A stretch of DNA of 64,000 nt. Source: Vulcanimicrobiota bacterium (GTDB taxonomy: Bacteria; Vulcanimicrobiota; Vulcanimicrobiia; Eremiobacterales; Eremiobacteraceae). Shown here in pieces: positions 1-10,987 of the stretch (position 1 is its first letter; each line of letters begins with the position of its first letter). A program made the position numbers and the translations under genes. The notes under the pieces were generated by a model. That model had not been told where the DNA came from and did no database searches. It saw only the letters and a list, made by a program, of their open reading frames with translations. The stretch covers positions 467,345 to 531,344 of the forward strand of contig CAWDVP010000006.1 in assembly GCA_963805945.1 (NCBI GenBank). The letters run 5' to 3'.

Positions 1-197
1 TCCGCGATCGGCACCCAGACGCCGAGCACGAGCGCCCATCGCCATGGCGCGCGCGGCTCAAGGAAGCCGAGCAGACCGCCGAACAAGAGCAGCAGCACGT
101 AGACCAGCACGTCGCCGGCGCCGTGCAGCCCGGCGTACGCCGTTATGAAACCAAGGACTATACCCAAGGCCGTAAGCCAGAGCGTTGTGGTCCCCAC
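1..197 (-). CDS. Small membrane protein, partial (runs off window start)
   Basis: Read manually: GTG at 197 preceded by GAAGGAG; translates MGTTTLWLTALGIVLGFITAYAGLHGAGDVLVYVLLLLFGGLLGFLEPRAPWRWALVLGVWVPIA (hydrophobic segments). Confidence 0.65.
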   Translation of the reverse strand, partial: MGTTTLWLTALGIVLGFITAYAGLHGAGDVLVYVLLLLFGGLLGFLEPRAPWRWALVLGVWVPIA

Positions 198-228
198 GAA
201 TCGCTCCTTCAAGACCCCCGCTGCACAA

Positions 229-620
229 TCATTTCGGGCCCGCCAGCACGGCGTCCGCCTCGATCTCGACGACGATGTCGGGCGCGATGAGGCGCCGCAC
301 TTCGACCGCCGTGCACGCCGGCCGCACATCGCCGAACATCTCGGCATGCGCTGTGCCGACCGCGTGCCAGTCATTGATGTCGGTCACGAAGATGCGCGTG
401 CGCACTACGTCTTCCGGCCGCGCTCCGGCTTCGCGCAGGGCGTCGGCGATGCGTTCGAGCGCACGCTGGCCTGCGTGTAGGCGTCCGGCCCCGCGACGAC
501 GCCGTGGCCATCCGTCCCGGTGGTGCCGGAGACATAGACGTGCGACCCGGCTCGCACGGCTCTGGAAAAACCGACGAGCGGCTCCCATGGAGATGGGCTT
601 GCGATGCGGAGGCGTTCCAT
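229..620 (-). CDS. RidA/YjgF-family (Rid) protein, split by a 1-bp frameshift near 465-470
   Basis: N-half SPWEPLVGFSRAVRAGSHVYVSGTT in ORF 405..620; C-half ALERIADALREAG..DVVRTRIFVTDI..RPACTAVEV..VEIEADA in ORF 229..588. Confidence 0.85.
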
Positions 621-673
621 CGGAGTTCTCCTAACCAGAGGTGGCCCTGACCGCGCTCACGTGAAGGATCATT

Positions 674-3196
674 ATGGCGGCCACCGAGTTCCATATCGAA
701 GTCCGGCCGAGTATTCCGGCGCGGCTCGCGAAACTCCCCGACTTGGCCAACGATCTGCGCTATAGTTGGGACCGTGGCACGCGCTCGATGTTCGCCCGGC
801 TCGACCAGCGGCTGTGGGAGGCCGTCGGGCACAATCCCAAAGTGTTCCTGCGCCGCGTCGAGGAAGGCCGCCTCGCCAAGGCCGCCGAGGATCCCGTCTA
901 TCTCGAAGCATACGATCAAGCGGTCTCGCGCTACGAGACCTATGTGCACGACGCACCGCGGCGCAGCGCCGCCTCGCTCGCCGAGGACGATCTCGTCGCG
1001 TATTTCTCCGCCGAGTTCGGATTCCACGAGAGCGTCCAGATCTATTCCGGGGGCTTGGGCGTGCTCGCGGCGGATCATTGCAAGGCATCAAGCGATCTCG
1101 GATTGCCCTTCGTCGCGGTGGGATTGCTCTATCGCCAGGGCTACTTCACGCAGACGATCGACGGCGACGGCAATCAGATCGCGACCTATCACCCTTCCGA
1201 TTTCCAGGACTATCCGATCGCGCCGGCGGTCGACGCGGGCGGCAAAGAGATCCGCGTGCGCGTCAAGATCGGCGAAGCCGAGGTTTCGGTGCGCGTCTGG
1301 ACCGCGCGCATCGGCCGCGTGAAGATACTGCTGCTCGACACCGATTCCGAGGAGAACTCGGCGGCCGATCGCCAGATCACGTATCAGCTCTACGGCGGCG
1401 ATCTCGACATGCGCATCAAGCAAGAGATCATCCTCGGCGTGGGCGGCGTGCGCGCCCTGCGCGCGGTCGGACTCGCGCCGACGATCTGGCACATCAACGA
1501 AGGGCATGCCGCCTTCTCGATCCTCGAGCGATGCCGCGAATACGTGGCCGGCGGTCTCGATTTTCCGGCGGCGCTGGAAGCCACCGCGGCGGCGACGATC
1601 TTCACCACGCACACGGCGGTCGAAGCCGGCCACGACGTCTTCGGATTGCCGATGGTCGGGCACTACCTCGGCGACATGGCGGGTGCCCTGAAGCTCGACC
1701 CGCATACCTTCGGCGAGATCGGACGCAAACCGGATCAGGGCAACGGCTTCAACCAGACCGCGCTCGGCATCCATGGTTCGCGCTATCAGAACGGCGTGAG
1801 CCGGATACACGGTCGCATCTCAGCCGAGCTGTGCGCCTCGCTCTGGCCGGAGGTGCCGCCCGAAGAGAACCCGATGTCATACGTCACCAACGGCGTCCAC
1901 GTCGCCACGTTCCTCGCGCGCGAATGGGTGAATCTGTTCAACACCGCGCTCGGCGCCGAGTGGCGCGGCGCTCAGGCGGATGCGGAGTTCTGGCTGCGCC
2001 TCAACACCATCCCCGACCAGCTCTACTGGAGCGTGCGCCAGTCGATCAAGTCGCAGCTGATCACGGACCTGAGCAAACGGCTCACCGCGCAGTATCGCCG
2101 CAACGGCGCCAGCGAGGCGCAGGTCGACCGGCTGCTGCACCTGTTGCAGCCCGACGACCCCAACGTGCTGCTCGTCGGCTTCGCGCGCCGCTTCGCCACC
2201 TACAAACGGGCGACGCTGCTGCTGCGCGATCTCGAACGCCTCGAACGTCTCGTCAGCGATCCGGAGAAGCCGGTCGTCTTCGTCTTCGCCGGCAAGGCGC
2301 ACCCGGCGGACGAGCCCGGCCAGGAGATGATGCGCCAGCTCTTCGAGATCTCGCGCTTGCCGTCGTTCCTCGGCAAGATCCTGCTCGTCGAGGGCTACGA
2401 TCTGAGCTTGGCCCGTCACATGGTGTCCGGGATGGACGTGTGGCTCAACACGCCCACCTATCCGCTCGAAGCGAGCGGCACGTCCGGACAGAAAGCCGGC
2501 ATCAACGGAGTGCTCAATCTCAGCGTGCTCGACGGCTGGTGGGGCGAGGGCTACGACGGCGCCAACGGCTGGGCGATACGGCCGTTCCCGATCGACGCGG
2601 ATCTAGAACGCCGCAATCGCGAAGAGGCCGCCAATCTCTACGACATCCTCGAGCGAGAGGTGCTGCCGCTCTACTACGAACGCCACGCGCTCGGCTACTC
2701 GAAGGGCTGGGTGGAGAAATCGAAGCGCTCGATGCGCACGTTGCTGCCGCGCTTCTCCGCCCAGCGCATGGTCACCGAGTACTCGACGTCGTTCTACCAG
2801 CGCGCCTCGCAACACGGACGTCATCTCGCCGCTGACAACTTCGCCGCGGCATCCGCGCTCGCCGCCTGGAAGACCCACGTGCGGGGCGCATGGCAGGGAG
2901 CGAAGCTGCGTCTGGTCGGCAAACCGGTGACCGATCTCGCGTTCGGCAGCGAGGCGCGACTGGAAGTGGCGGCCACGCTCAACGGCCTCTCGCCGAGCGA
3001 CGTCCGCATCGAGTGTCTGTTCGGCGGCAAAGCATATCAGTTCGTCGAGTCCGGAGCGCTCAGCGACGGCGAGCATCGCTTCACCCTCGACCTCCATCCG
3101 GAGATGTGCGGCCTGGTCGGCTACCGTATCCGGATGCTGCCGTACCATGAATTGCTGGCGCACCCGCACGAACTCGGCCTCATGATGTGGCTGTGA
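674..3196 (+). CDS. glgP: Alpha-glucan (glycogen) phosphorylase, GT35
   Basis: 840 aa; YFSAEFG, YSGGLGVLA, HINEGH, FARRFATYKR, PLP-lysine motif EASGTSGQK. Confidence 0.95.
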   Translation: MAATEFHIEVRPSIPARLAKLPDLANDLRYSWDRGTRSMFARLDQRLWEAVGHNPKVFLRRVEEGRLAKAAEDPVYLEAYDQAVSRYETYVHDAPRRSAASLAEDDLVAYFSAEFGFHESVQIYSGGLGVLAADHCKASSDLGLPFVAVGLLYRQGYFTQTIDGDGNQIATYHPSDFQDYPIAPAVDAGGKEIRVRVKIGEAEVSVRVWTARIGRVKILLLDTDSEENSAADRQITYQLYGGDLDMRIKQEIILGVGGVRALRAVGLAPTIWHINEGHAAFSILERCREYVAGGLDFPAALEATAAATIFTTHTAVEAGHDVFGLPMVGHYLGDMAGALKLDPHTFGEIGRKPDQGNGFNQTALGIHGSRYQNGVSRIHGRISAELCASLWPEVPPEENPMSYVTNGVHVATFLAREWVNLFNTALGAEWRGAQADAEFWLRLNTIPDQLYWSVRQSIKSQLITDLSKRLTAQYRRNGASEAQVDRLLHLLQPDDPNVLLVGFARRFATYKRATLLLRDLERLERLVSDPEKPVVFVFAGKAHPADEPGQEMMRQLFEISRLPSFLGKILLVEGYDLSLARHMVSGMDVWLNTPTYPLEASGTSGQKAGINGVLNLSVLDGWWGEGYDGANGWAIRPFPIDADLERRNREEAANLYDILEREVLPLYYERHALGYSKGWVEKSKRSMRTLLPRFSAQRMVTEYSTSFYQRASQHGRHLAADNFAAASALAAWKTHVRGAWQGAKLRLVGKPVTDLAFGSEARLEVAATLNGLSPSDVRIECLFGGKAYQFVESGALSDGEHRFTLDLHPEMCGLVGYRIRMLPYHELLAHPHELGLMMWL

Positions 3197-5234
3197 TGCA
3201 GCGCAGCCGGATCGTGCGTTCCGCGTGCTGCCCCGGTTCCAGCGACACCGGCCACGCGAGCGAGATGCCCGCGGCCTGCATGATCTTCTCGAAGCCCAGC
3301 TCTGAGCGCGACACAGTATAGAGCGGCCGCGCGGCGAGCTCGCCCGCCGGCTCGAAATGCAGCGCGACACTGCCGCCGAGCACGGTATCCGCAAGCGTCA
3401 GTTCGCCGGCAGCCGGCACGTGCAGCGCCGTCGCGAAACCTCCCCGCACGTCGCCCTCGATCAGGTAACTGCCGCCTGGTCCCTCGGCACTCGGCATCGC
3501 TAGATCGATTCCCACGCGCAGCACGCCTGAGACGAGCTGCGACGCTCGCAACGCGTAGCCGATCGTGACGGCGTCGCCTTCAACCCGGTAGACCTTCTCG
3601 ACGTCCAACCCATCGAGGCGTGCGACGCACAGCGCCGCCGCGTCCCCTGCGCGGGCCTCGCCGTCGTATTCTATCGGATGGGCCTCGCCGTCCGGGCCCT
3701 GGTGCCACGAGTCGACGAACAGCCCGCGCGGCATGCGGTCCAGCTCCAGATCGGCTGCTTCGATGCGATCGACGAAGGCGACCCGCTCGTGTATGGAGAG
3801 TATCGAGCGGTCGGGTTCATCCGACCGCTTCGGTCGCGGCCGCACGATCCCGCCGCCGAGGATGGTGCGTATGTCGTCGTGATACTCCTCGTCGCGCCGC
3901 GCGAGCACGTCTGCGAGATCGACGCCGAAGCCGTAGTCGGTCAGTTCGCACACGACGCCTCCGTCGCGCGGCCGCAACACGGCATAGAACCGGCCTGCAC
4001 GCAGGGCTATCTCGGGCCGGCCGTCGAGGTCGATATCCTCTGTCGCGCTTGCGGGGCGTGCGCGCTCGCGGTCGAGCTCCGCGTCGAGCTCGGCGAGGTT
4101 GGCGTAGACGGAGCGCCGCAAGAACGGCAGGTAGATGCCGCCGAACATGCCATGCCAGTACGCGTCGTTGGCCTGCGCCCGATGCAGCGCCGCGCGCATC
4201 GGATCGGTCTGCCGCTCGGTGGGCAGGCCGTGGAACCGCGCTGAGGCGCCGAGCACGCGCTTGTGCATCCAGTTGGCCTCCGGGTATTTCGTGAGGAAGT
4301 TCTTCCACGTGCCGCCGCGCAGATACGATCGATCTTGCTCGTGCGTGCCGGCGACCTGCGAACGCTCTGTGAGCCCTCGCAGCCGCCTGGCGGCCCACGC
4401 GGACAGCGTCCATTCGCCCATCTCCGCATACGACGTGGTGGGCAGATACACGAGTCCCGAACTCGGCGTGCTCGCATGGAACTGGCCGAGCGTCTGGGTC
4501 TCGATGTGTTGCGATGCTTCGATCTGGGTGAAGAACGCCTCGAGCCAGCCTCGTCCGTAGACCCATTCGAACGTGTCCGGCCAGATGCCGAACTTCTCGA
4601 GGTCATCGAAGTAGATCGCCGCAGCCGGTGACGCCTCGATCGCGGCGACCACCTCGGCGGCCGGCGTGAACGGGATCATGTACCGCAGCGACTCGGAGAT
4701 GGGGAACAGATCGAGACGCCGGCCATCCTCTTCAGTGGTGAAATATCCGGTCAGCTCGTCGAGCGTTCTTCCCGCGCTGAGGAAATGGTAGTCGTCCACA
4801 GCGACGTAGTCGATGCCGCAGTCCGCGAGCGCGGGCAGGACGGTCGTCTCCCATACGCGTTCGGCCAGCCATGCGCCGCGCGGCTGTACGCCGAAAAGCG
4901 CGCTGACGCGCGCCGTCATGGCGCGCAGCTGTTCGCGCCGGTCGATGTCCGGGATCGCGGCGAGCACCGGCTCCGTGTCACCGCCGCCCAGCACCTCGAT
5001 CTGTCCGCGCGCGAGCATACGCGTGATGCGCGCGACGCCGGCGGGATAGGTCTGCGCGAGGTAGCCGAGCAGCCAACCGCTGACGTGCAGGCTGAAACGG
5101 ACGCGCGGATGCCGCTCGGCGATCTCGAGGAAACGTCCGTAGCAGCGCTGCCATGCGTCGTCGATCACGGAGGTGAAATTGCCCACCGGCTGGTGCGCGT
5201 GAAAGCCGAGCAGCAGCCGCACCGCCGCGCTCAT
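3180..5234 (-). CDS. GH57 4-alpha-glucanotransferase / alpha-amylase type (DUF1925/DUF1926 C-terminus)
   Basis: Start MSAAVRLLLGFHAHQPVGNF; WLAERVWE, DDLEKFGIWP, AQANDAYWHGMFGGIYLP; start overlaps the upstream GH57 stop. Confidence 0.9.
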   Translation of the reverse strand: MSAAVRLLLGFHAHQPVGNFTSVIDDAWQRCYGRFLEIAERHPRVRFSLHVSGWLLGYLAQTYPAGVARITRMLARGQIEVLGGGDTEPVLAAIPDIDRREQLRAMTARVSALFGVQPRGAWLAERVWETTVLPALADCGIDYVAVDDYHFLSAGRTLDELTGYFTTEEDGRRLDLFPISESLRYMIPFTPAAEVVAAIEASPAAAIYFDDLEKFGIWPDTFEWVYGRGWLEAFFTQIEASQHIETQTLGQFHASTPSSGLVYLPTTSYAEMGEWTLSAWAARRLRGLTERSQVAGTHEQDRSYLRGGTWKNFLTKYPEANWMHKRVLGASARFHGLPTERQTDPMRAALHRAQANDAYWHGMFGGIYLPFLRRSVYANLAELDAELDRERARPASATEDIDLDGRPEIALRAGRFYAVLRPRDGGVVCELTDYGFGVDLADVLARRDEEYHDDIRTILGGGIVRPRPKRSDEPDRSILSIHERVAFVDRIEAADLELDRMPRGLFVDSWHQGPDGEAHPIEYDGEARAGDAAALCVARLDGLDVEKVYRVEGDAVTIGYALRASQLVSGVLRVGIDLAMPSAEGPGGSYLIEGDVRGGFATALHVPAAGELTLADTVLGGSVALHFEPAGELAARPLYTVSRSELGFEKIMQAAGISLAWPVSLEPGQHAERTIRLRCITATS

Positions 5235-6910
5235 GCTGTGTCGCCAGTAGTCGACGCACGCATGACGCCCAAGTGTTCCGGTGCGCCCCTGCCGACGCTC
5301 ACCGCCTCGTCCAGGTCCCCGGGCGGCGCTTCGCCGAGCGCAGCGTAGAGATCGCGCAGATGCGCGCGGAACAAACGCTCGAAATCGCTCACGGGCTCCG
5401 CCGCGTTGTAGCCGCCCAACCACCAGAACCAGTCCGACGCTTCGCAGGCACGCAGCGCGGCCTCCGCGGAGCGCCGCGCCTGCTCGTCGAGACGCCCGCT
5501 CGCCGCGGCCCCGTCGTAGGCGCGCTTTGCCGCGGCCAAGAGATCCCAGCCGTGGTTCTTATCGCGATCGCCGATCCAGGTCGCGAACGTGCCACCGACC
5601 CAGCTGCCTGCGACGATCCTGTCGAGGCTGGGCAGCGACGGCGCCGCTTTGAGGTGCTCGGAGAACGTCGTCAGCCGCAGGTGCGGATGGCCGCTCAAGC
5701 GCTCGTACAGCGCGTCCAAGAAGGCGCGCCCGTTGTCTTCATAATACTCCCACGCGTTCTCGCCGTCGAGCGCGAGGGTCGCGACCGGCGCTGCTTCGCC
5801 GGCCGTCGCCGCGGCGATGCCGGCCAGCGCGCCGATGAGGTCTTCTGCGGCATCGTCGGCACGCCAACTCGAGTAGACGAAACCCACGCGATCGGACAGC
5901 TCGTCGTCGCGGAAGAAGCAGGTGATCGTGCCGGCTTCCGTGTGTACGTGATACGGTGTATAAAGATAGGCGCGACGCCTGCCTGGTTCGCCACGTCGCA
6001 CGCCGAGGCTGTGCGCTAAGACGGCCTCGCCGCTCGCCGCCCATACGAAGCCGTTGGCCGCCAGCGCGGCGAGCGTCGCCATCGAGACGCCGCCCTCGGG
6101 GGGCCAGCAGCCGGTCGGCATCGCTCCGAAGGCGCGGGCGTGGTACTCTTTGCCTTCGTGCAGCTGGATCTCCGCGCGGGGGGTTCCACCCGCATACTCA
6201 GCTGCCCCGGGCATGTCCGCACCGGGCTGCGCCTCGAGCGCCGCCTTGAATTCGATCAACAACGGCAGCATCGGATGCGCGTAGGGCGAGGTCGAGAGCT
6301 CGATGCGGCCGGCGTGCGAGAGCGCGCGATAGCGCGGGATGATCCCGGCGACGATCTCGCCGATGACCGCGAGCAGCCCCGCGCGGTCCGCCTCGTCGAA
6401 GCCGCGGCGTTTGGCGGCCAGGCGCGCGACGCGCTCATCGCCGCGACTGCCTTCGCCCAGCCACGCGAGGTGATACCACACGAGCGCATCGCTGCGGTCC
6501 GCCGCCGAAAGCGGCGCGCCGCCAGATGCTTCGTCGCCGGCGAGGCTGTACAGCCGCTCGAAGTCGGGGAAACGCGCGACCACGCGCGCCTCGTTGGCGC
6601 GGGTCAAGCGATGTGCGAGTCGCGCTCGCAGCGCCGGCTCATCCGCATCGCCTTGCCGTAGCGCGCGCAGCAGGGGATCCCGGAACGCTCCCGTCGCGAA
6701 TTGGCGCTCGTAGTCGCGCAACTGCTCGAGCAGCACCGGCGTGAAATTGATCACCGCGCGCGCCCCCGGCGCTTGCTCGAGGTGCCACGCCATGTCGGCG
6801 TAGTCTTTCATCGCGTGCAGGTAGACCCAGGGCTGCTGATATTCGCCGTCCGCGGTCCGATAGCTCGGCTGGTGCATGTGCCAGCAGAGCACGACGTCGA
6901 GAGGCTTCAC
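5231..6910 (-). CDS. GH57 glycoside hydrolase (amylopullulanase-like)
   Basis: WHMHQP, YAHPMLPLL, WPPEGG, ALDGENAWEYY, EASDWFWW motifs. Confidence 0.9.
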   Translation of the reverse strand: MKPLDVVLCWHMHQPSYRTADGEYQQPWVYLHAMKDYADMAWHLEQAPGARAVINFTPVLLEQLRDYERQFATGAFRDPLLRALRQGDADEPALRARLAHRLTRANEARVVARFPDFERLYSLAGDEASGGAPLSAADRSDALVWYHLAWLGEGSRGDERVARLAAKRRGFDEADRAGLLAVIGEIVAGIIPRYRALSHAGRIELSTSPYAHPMLPLLIEFKAALEAQPGADMPGAAEYAGGTPRAEIQLHEGKEYHARAFGAMPTGCWPPEGGVSMATLAALAANGFVWAASGEAVLAHSLGVRRGEPGRRRAYLYTPYHVHTEAGTITCFFRDDELSDRVGFVYSSWRADDAAEDLIGALAGIAAATAGEAAPVATLALDGENAWEYYEDNGRAFLDALYERLSGHPHLRLTTFSEHLKAAPSLPSLDRIVAGSWVGGTFATWIGDRDKNHGWDLLAAAKRAYDGAAASGRLDEQARRSAEAALRACEASDWFWWLGGYNAAEPVSDFERLFRAHLRDLYAALGEAPPGDLDEAVSVGRGAPEHLGVMRASTTGDTA

Positions 6911-6917
6911 GTGCGCG

Positions 6918-8195
6918 CTAGCCGGCGTGATGCACTGGCTGCCCGAGCATCTCGGGCGTGACCACGGTGATGCCGCTTTCGGTCCGGTAGAAACGCCGCG
7001 CGTCGGCTTCCGGATCTTCGCCGACCACCAACTCGTCCGGGATCTCGCACAGCTTGTCGATCACCGTGCGGCGCAAGCGGCATCGCCGCCCGATCGTCAC
7101 GTTCGGCAGCACCACAGAGTCTTCGACCAGGCTATACGAGTTCACGCGCACGCTGGAGAACAGCAGCGAGCGCTGCACGCGCGCACCCGACACGACCGAA
7201 CCGCCGGACACGAGCGAATCGATCGCGGTGCCGCGACGCTCGCCCTCATCGTGCACGAACTTCGCCGGCGGCACCTGCTCCTGGTACGTCCAGATCGGCC
7301 ACGCGGCGTCGTAGAGATTCAGCGACGGCGTGAGCTTGGTGAGGTCGAGGTTGGCCTCCCAGTAGCCGTCCACCGTGCCGACATCGCGCCAGTACGGCGA
7401 CGCGCCCTCGTCGCCGACCCAGCTCGAGCTGAAACGATGCGCGACCACTTTGCAACGCGGCACGAGCGCGGGGATGAGATCGCGGCCGAAGTCGTGCATC
7501 GAGTCGGGCAGCGAGAGATCGGCGGCGAGCGCCTCGTAGAGGAACGCCGCGTTGAAGACGTAGATGCCCATGCTCGCCAGCGTCATGTCGGGCCGCCCGG
7601 GGATCGGCGCAGGCGTCGGGGTCTTCTCCTGGAACCCCGTGACCCGATCGTTCTCATCCACGGTCATCGTGCCCAGCTCCACCGCGGCGGCCATGGGGAT
7701 CTCGACCGCGCCGATCGTCACGTCGGCTTTCGTGGACACGTGATCGACCAGCATCTTGCCGTAGTCCATCTTATAGATGTGATCGCCGGCGAGCACGAGC
7801 ACGTACTCAGGACGATGGGAGCGGATTATGTCGAGGTTCTGGTAGACGGCGTCGGCGGTGCCGCGATACCACGCCTCTTCGATGCGCTGCGAGGCGGGCA
7901 GGATCTCGACGCACTCGTTGAACTCGCCGCGCAGGAAGCTCCAGCCGCGCTGCAGGTGGCGGATGAGCGAATGCGCCTTGTACTGCGTGACCACGCCGAT
8001 CTGGCGCACGCCGGAGTTGATGCAGTTCGACAGCGGAAAATCGATGATGCGGAATTTCCCGCCGAACGGAACCGCCGGCTTGGCGCGCCATTCGGTGAGA
8101 TGCATGAGGCGCGAGCCCCGGCCGCCCGCCAGCACGAGTGCAAGCGTCTTCTTCGTGAGCAGGCTGACGAAGCGCGGCTGTTGGGATTGCGCCAT
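6918..8195 (-). CDS. glgC: Glucose-1-phosphate adenylyltransferase
   Basis: [51 protein letters not shown]. Confidence 0.97.
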   Translation of the reverse strand: MAQSQQPRFVSLLTKKTLALVLAGGRGSRLMHLTEWRAKPAVPFGGKFRIIDFPLSNCINSGVRQIGVVTQYKAHSLIRHLQRGWSFLRGEFNECVEILPASQRIEEAWYRGTADAVYQNLDIIRSHRPEYVLVLAGDHIYKMDYGKMLVDHVSTKADVTIGAVEIPMAAAVELGTMTVDENDRVTGFQEKTPTPAPIPGRPDMTLASMGIYVFNAAFLYEALAADLSLPDSMHDFGRDLIPALVPRCKVVAHRFSSSWVGDEGASPYWRDVGTVDGYWEANLDLTKLTPSLNLYDAAWPIWTYQEQVPPAKFVHDEGERRGTAIDSLVSGGSVVSGARVQRSLLFSSVRVNSYSLVEDSVVLPNVTIGRRCRLRRTVIDKLCEIPDELVVGEDPEADARRFYRTESGITVVTPEMLGQPVHHAG

Positions 8196-8260
8196 ACTCG
8201 CTCAACTCCTTGGAGAGCGGAGGGTTCTCCTTGGCACGTCCGAAGGGTGGCCTGCAAGCA

Positions 8261-10987
8261 ATGATCGGTACGCCTGCATCGCTCACCGCCGAAGAACAAC
8301 GCCTATTCGAGAGCGCGTCGCACGAAGCCCGCTGGCGGCGCTGGGGCGCATATCTGAGTGAGCGCCAGTGGGGTACGGTACGCGAAGACTACAGCGCCGA
8401 CGGTGAACCCTGGAACTATCTGCCGTTCGACGACGCGCGCTCGCGTGCGTATCGCTGGGGCGAAGACGGCCTGCTCGGCATCTCCGATAACCACCAGCAT
8501 CTGTGCTTCGCGCTGGCGCTGTGGAACGGCGAAGATCCTATCCTCAAAGACCGCCTCTTCGGGCTGAGCAACCCCGAGGGCAACCACGGCGAAGACGTCA
8601 AGGAATGCTACTATTTTCTCGACGGCCTGCCGACGCATTCGTTGATGAAGGCGCTCTACAAGTATCCGCAGACGGCGTTCCCCTACGATCGGCTCATCAA
8701 GGAGAATCGCGGGCGATCGCGCGCCGAACCGGAATTCGAGCTCATCGAGACCGGCATCTTCGACGAGAGCCGCTACTTCGACGTCACCGTCGAATACGCG
8801 AAAGCGTCGCCCGACGATATCTGCATCGAGATCTCGGTCACCAATCGCGGACCGGAGGCGAAGCGGCTGCACGTGCTGCCGACGTTATGGTTCCGCAACA
8901 CCTGGGCGTGGGGGTACACCGGCAGAGCGGATTCGAAGGCGAAACCTGATGACCGCGCTCCGGCCATCTCCGTGCAGCGCGAGAGTCCGGAACTCGCGGT
9001 GCTCGAGGCGACGCATCCGGAGATCGGCACCCATTTCCTTTATGCACCGGCGGCCTCGGAACTGCTCTTCACCGACAACGAGACGAACTGGCGGCGCATC
9101 GCCAACAGCGCCAATTCTTCGCCGTACGTCAAAGACGGCTTCCACGACTACGTGGTCGAGGGCCGGACCGACGCGATCAATCCCGCGCGCACGGGGACCA
9201 AGGCCGCGCCGCACTACGTGCTCGATATCGCAGCCGGCCAGACCGCCGTGCTGCGGCTGCGTCTCGACAATGCCGGCGATCTCGTCGATCCGCTCGGCAC
9301 GTCCTTCGAGTCGACGCTCGCGGAGCGGCGCCGGGATGCTGACGAGTTCTACGCGCGCATCGCGCCGTATCCCCAATCCGACGAAGCGCGGCGCATCCAG
9401 CGCACGGCCTTCGCCGGCCTGCTGTGGTGCCAGCAGTACTACAACTACGTGGTCTATCAATGGCTCGACGGCGATCCAACCGGTCCGCCTGCCCCGCCGG
9501 AGCGGAAGAGCGGGCGCAACCATAACTGGATCCACGTGTACAGCGACGACATCCTCTCCATGCCCGACAACTGGGAGTACCCGTGGTTCGCGTCGTGGGA
9601 TCTCGCTTTCCACTGTATCACCATCGCGATGATCGATCCCGACTTCGCGAAGCGGCAGCTCGCGCTGCTGACACGCGAGTGGTACATGCACCCGAACGGT
9701 GAGCTGCCCGCATACGAATGGGGCTTCGGCGATGTGAACCCGCCGGTGCACGCGTGGGCCACGATGCGGGTCTACCAGATCGAGCAGAAGATGTTCGGCC
9801 GCGCGGATCGGCTTTTCCTTGAGCGCGTCTTCCAGAAACTGCTCATGAACTTCACTTGGTGGTGCAATCGCAAGGACGCCGAAGGGAACAACGTCTTCCA
9901 GGGCGGTTTCTTGGGATTGGACAACATCAGCGTGTTCGACCGCAGCACGCAGCTGCCCGACGGCGGGCACCTCGACCAGGCCGACGGCACCGCGTGGATG
10001 GGTTTCTACTGCTTAAGCATGCTGGCGATCGCGGCAGAACTCGCGCTCGAGAACAGCGCGTATGAAGACATCGCCTCGAAGTTCTTCGAGCACTTCATCT
10101 ACATCGCCGACGCGATCAACCACATGGGCGACGATGAACAGGGCGTGGCGCTGTGGGATGAGGCGAGCGGCTTCTATTACGACGTGCTGCACGTGCCCGG
10201 ACGCATGCCGATGCGGCTCGGTGTGCGTTCCATGGTCGGGCTCATCCCGCTCATGGCGGTCATCGTGTCCGACACCGAGACGATCTCGAAGTTCCCCGAC
10301 CTTCTCAAACGCATGCGCTGGTTCGTGGAGCACCGACCCGACCTGCACGGCAACGTGGCGCCGCTCGATCAGCCCGGCATCCGCGACCGGCGCATCCTCG
10401 CGATGCTGGACGGGACGAAGCTGCGGAAGATCCTGGCCACGATGCTCGATGAGTCCGAGTTCTTGAGCCCGCACGGCATCCGGTCGCTCTCGCGGTACTA
10501 CAAAGAGCACGGCTACGAGCTCGACATCGACGGCATGAAGATGACGGTCGACTACGAGCCAGCAGAATCGACCTCGAACTTGTTCGGCGGCAATTCCAAC
10601 TGGCGCGGACCGGTGTGGTTCCCGGTCAACTATCTCATCATCGAGGCGCTGCAGCGCTTTCATTACTACTACGGCGACGATTTCAAGGTCGAGTGCCCGA
10701 CCGGCTCGGGCATCCTGATGAACCTATGGGAGGTCGCGTCCGAGCTGTCGCACCGGCTCATCGAGCTCTTCATGCGTGACACGCACGGGCGCCGGCCGAT
10801 GTACGGCAACGCCGAGCTCTATCAGAACGATCCGCACTTCCGCGACCTGCTGTACTTCTACGAGTACTTCAACGGCGACACCGGCGCCGGGCTCGGGGCG
10901 ATCCACCAGACGGGCTGGACGGGCCTCGTCGCCAAGCTGCTGCAGCAGTGCGCCGAGTATTGCGGGCAAGAGAAAGACCCGCTGTGA
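8261..10987 (+). CDS. MGH1-like / GH63 glucosidase family protein
   Basis: WGAYLSERQWGTVREDYS, MPDNWEYPWFASWDLAFH, FGGNSNWRGPVW, EYFNGDTGAGLGAxHQTGWT; ATG at 8261 chosen over the ORF-caller start at 8210. Confidence 0.88.
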   Translation: MIGTPASLTAEEQRLFESASHEARWRRWGAYLSERQWGTVREDYSADGEPWNYLPFDDARSRAYRWGEDGLLGISDNHQHLCFALALWNGEDPILKDRLFGLSNPEGNHGEDVKECYYFLDGLPTHSLMKALYKYPQTAFPYDRLIKENRGRSRAEPEFELIETGIFDESRYFDVTVEYAKASPDDICIEISVTNRGPEAKRLHVLPTLWFRNTWAWGYTGRADSKAKPDDRAPAISVQRESPELAVLEATHPEIGTHFLYAPAASELLFTDNETNWRRIANSANSSPYVKDGFHDYVVEGRTDAINPARTGTKAAPHYVLDIAAGQTAVLRLRLDNAGDLVDPLGTSFESTLAERRRDADEFYARIAPYPQSDEARRIQRTAFAGLLWCQQYYNYVVYQWLDGDPTGPPAPPERKSGRNHNWIHVYSDDILSMPDNWEYPWFASWDLAFHCITIAMIDPDFAKRQLALLTREWYMHPNGELPAYEWGFGDVNPPVHAWATMRVYQIEQKMFGRADRLFLERVFQKLLMNFTWWCNRKDAEGNNVFQGGFLGLDNISVFDRSTQLPDGGHLDQADGTAWMGFYCLSMLAIAAELALENSAYEDIASKFFEHFIYIADAINHMGDDEQGVALWDEASGFYYDVLHVPGRMPMRLGVRSMVGLIPLMAVIVSDTETISKFPDLLKRMRWFVEHRPDLHGNVAPLDQPGIRDRRILAMLDGTKLRKILATMLDESEFLSPHGIRSLSRYYKEHGYELDIDGMKMTVDYEPAESTSNLFGGNSNWRGPVWFPVNYLIIEALQRFHYYYGDDFKVECPTGSGILMNLWEVASELSHRLIELFMRDTHGRRPMYGNAELYQNDPHFRDLLYFYEYFNGDTGAGLGAIHQTGWTGLVAKLLQQCAEYCGQEKDPL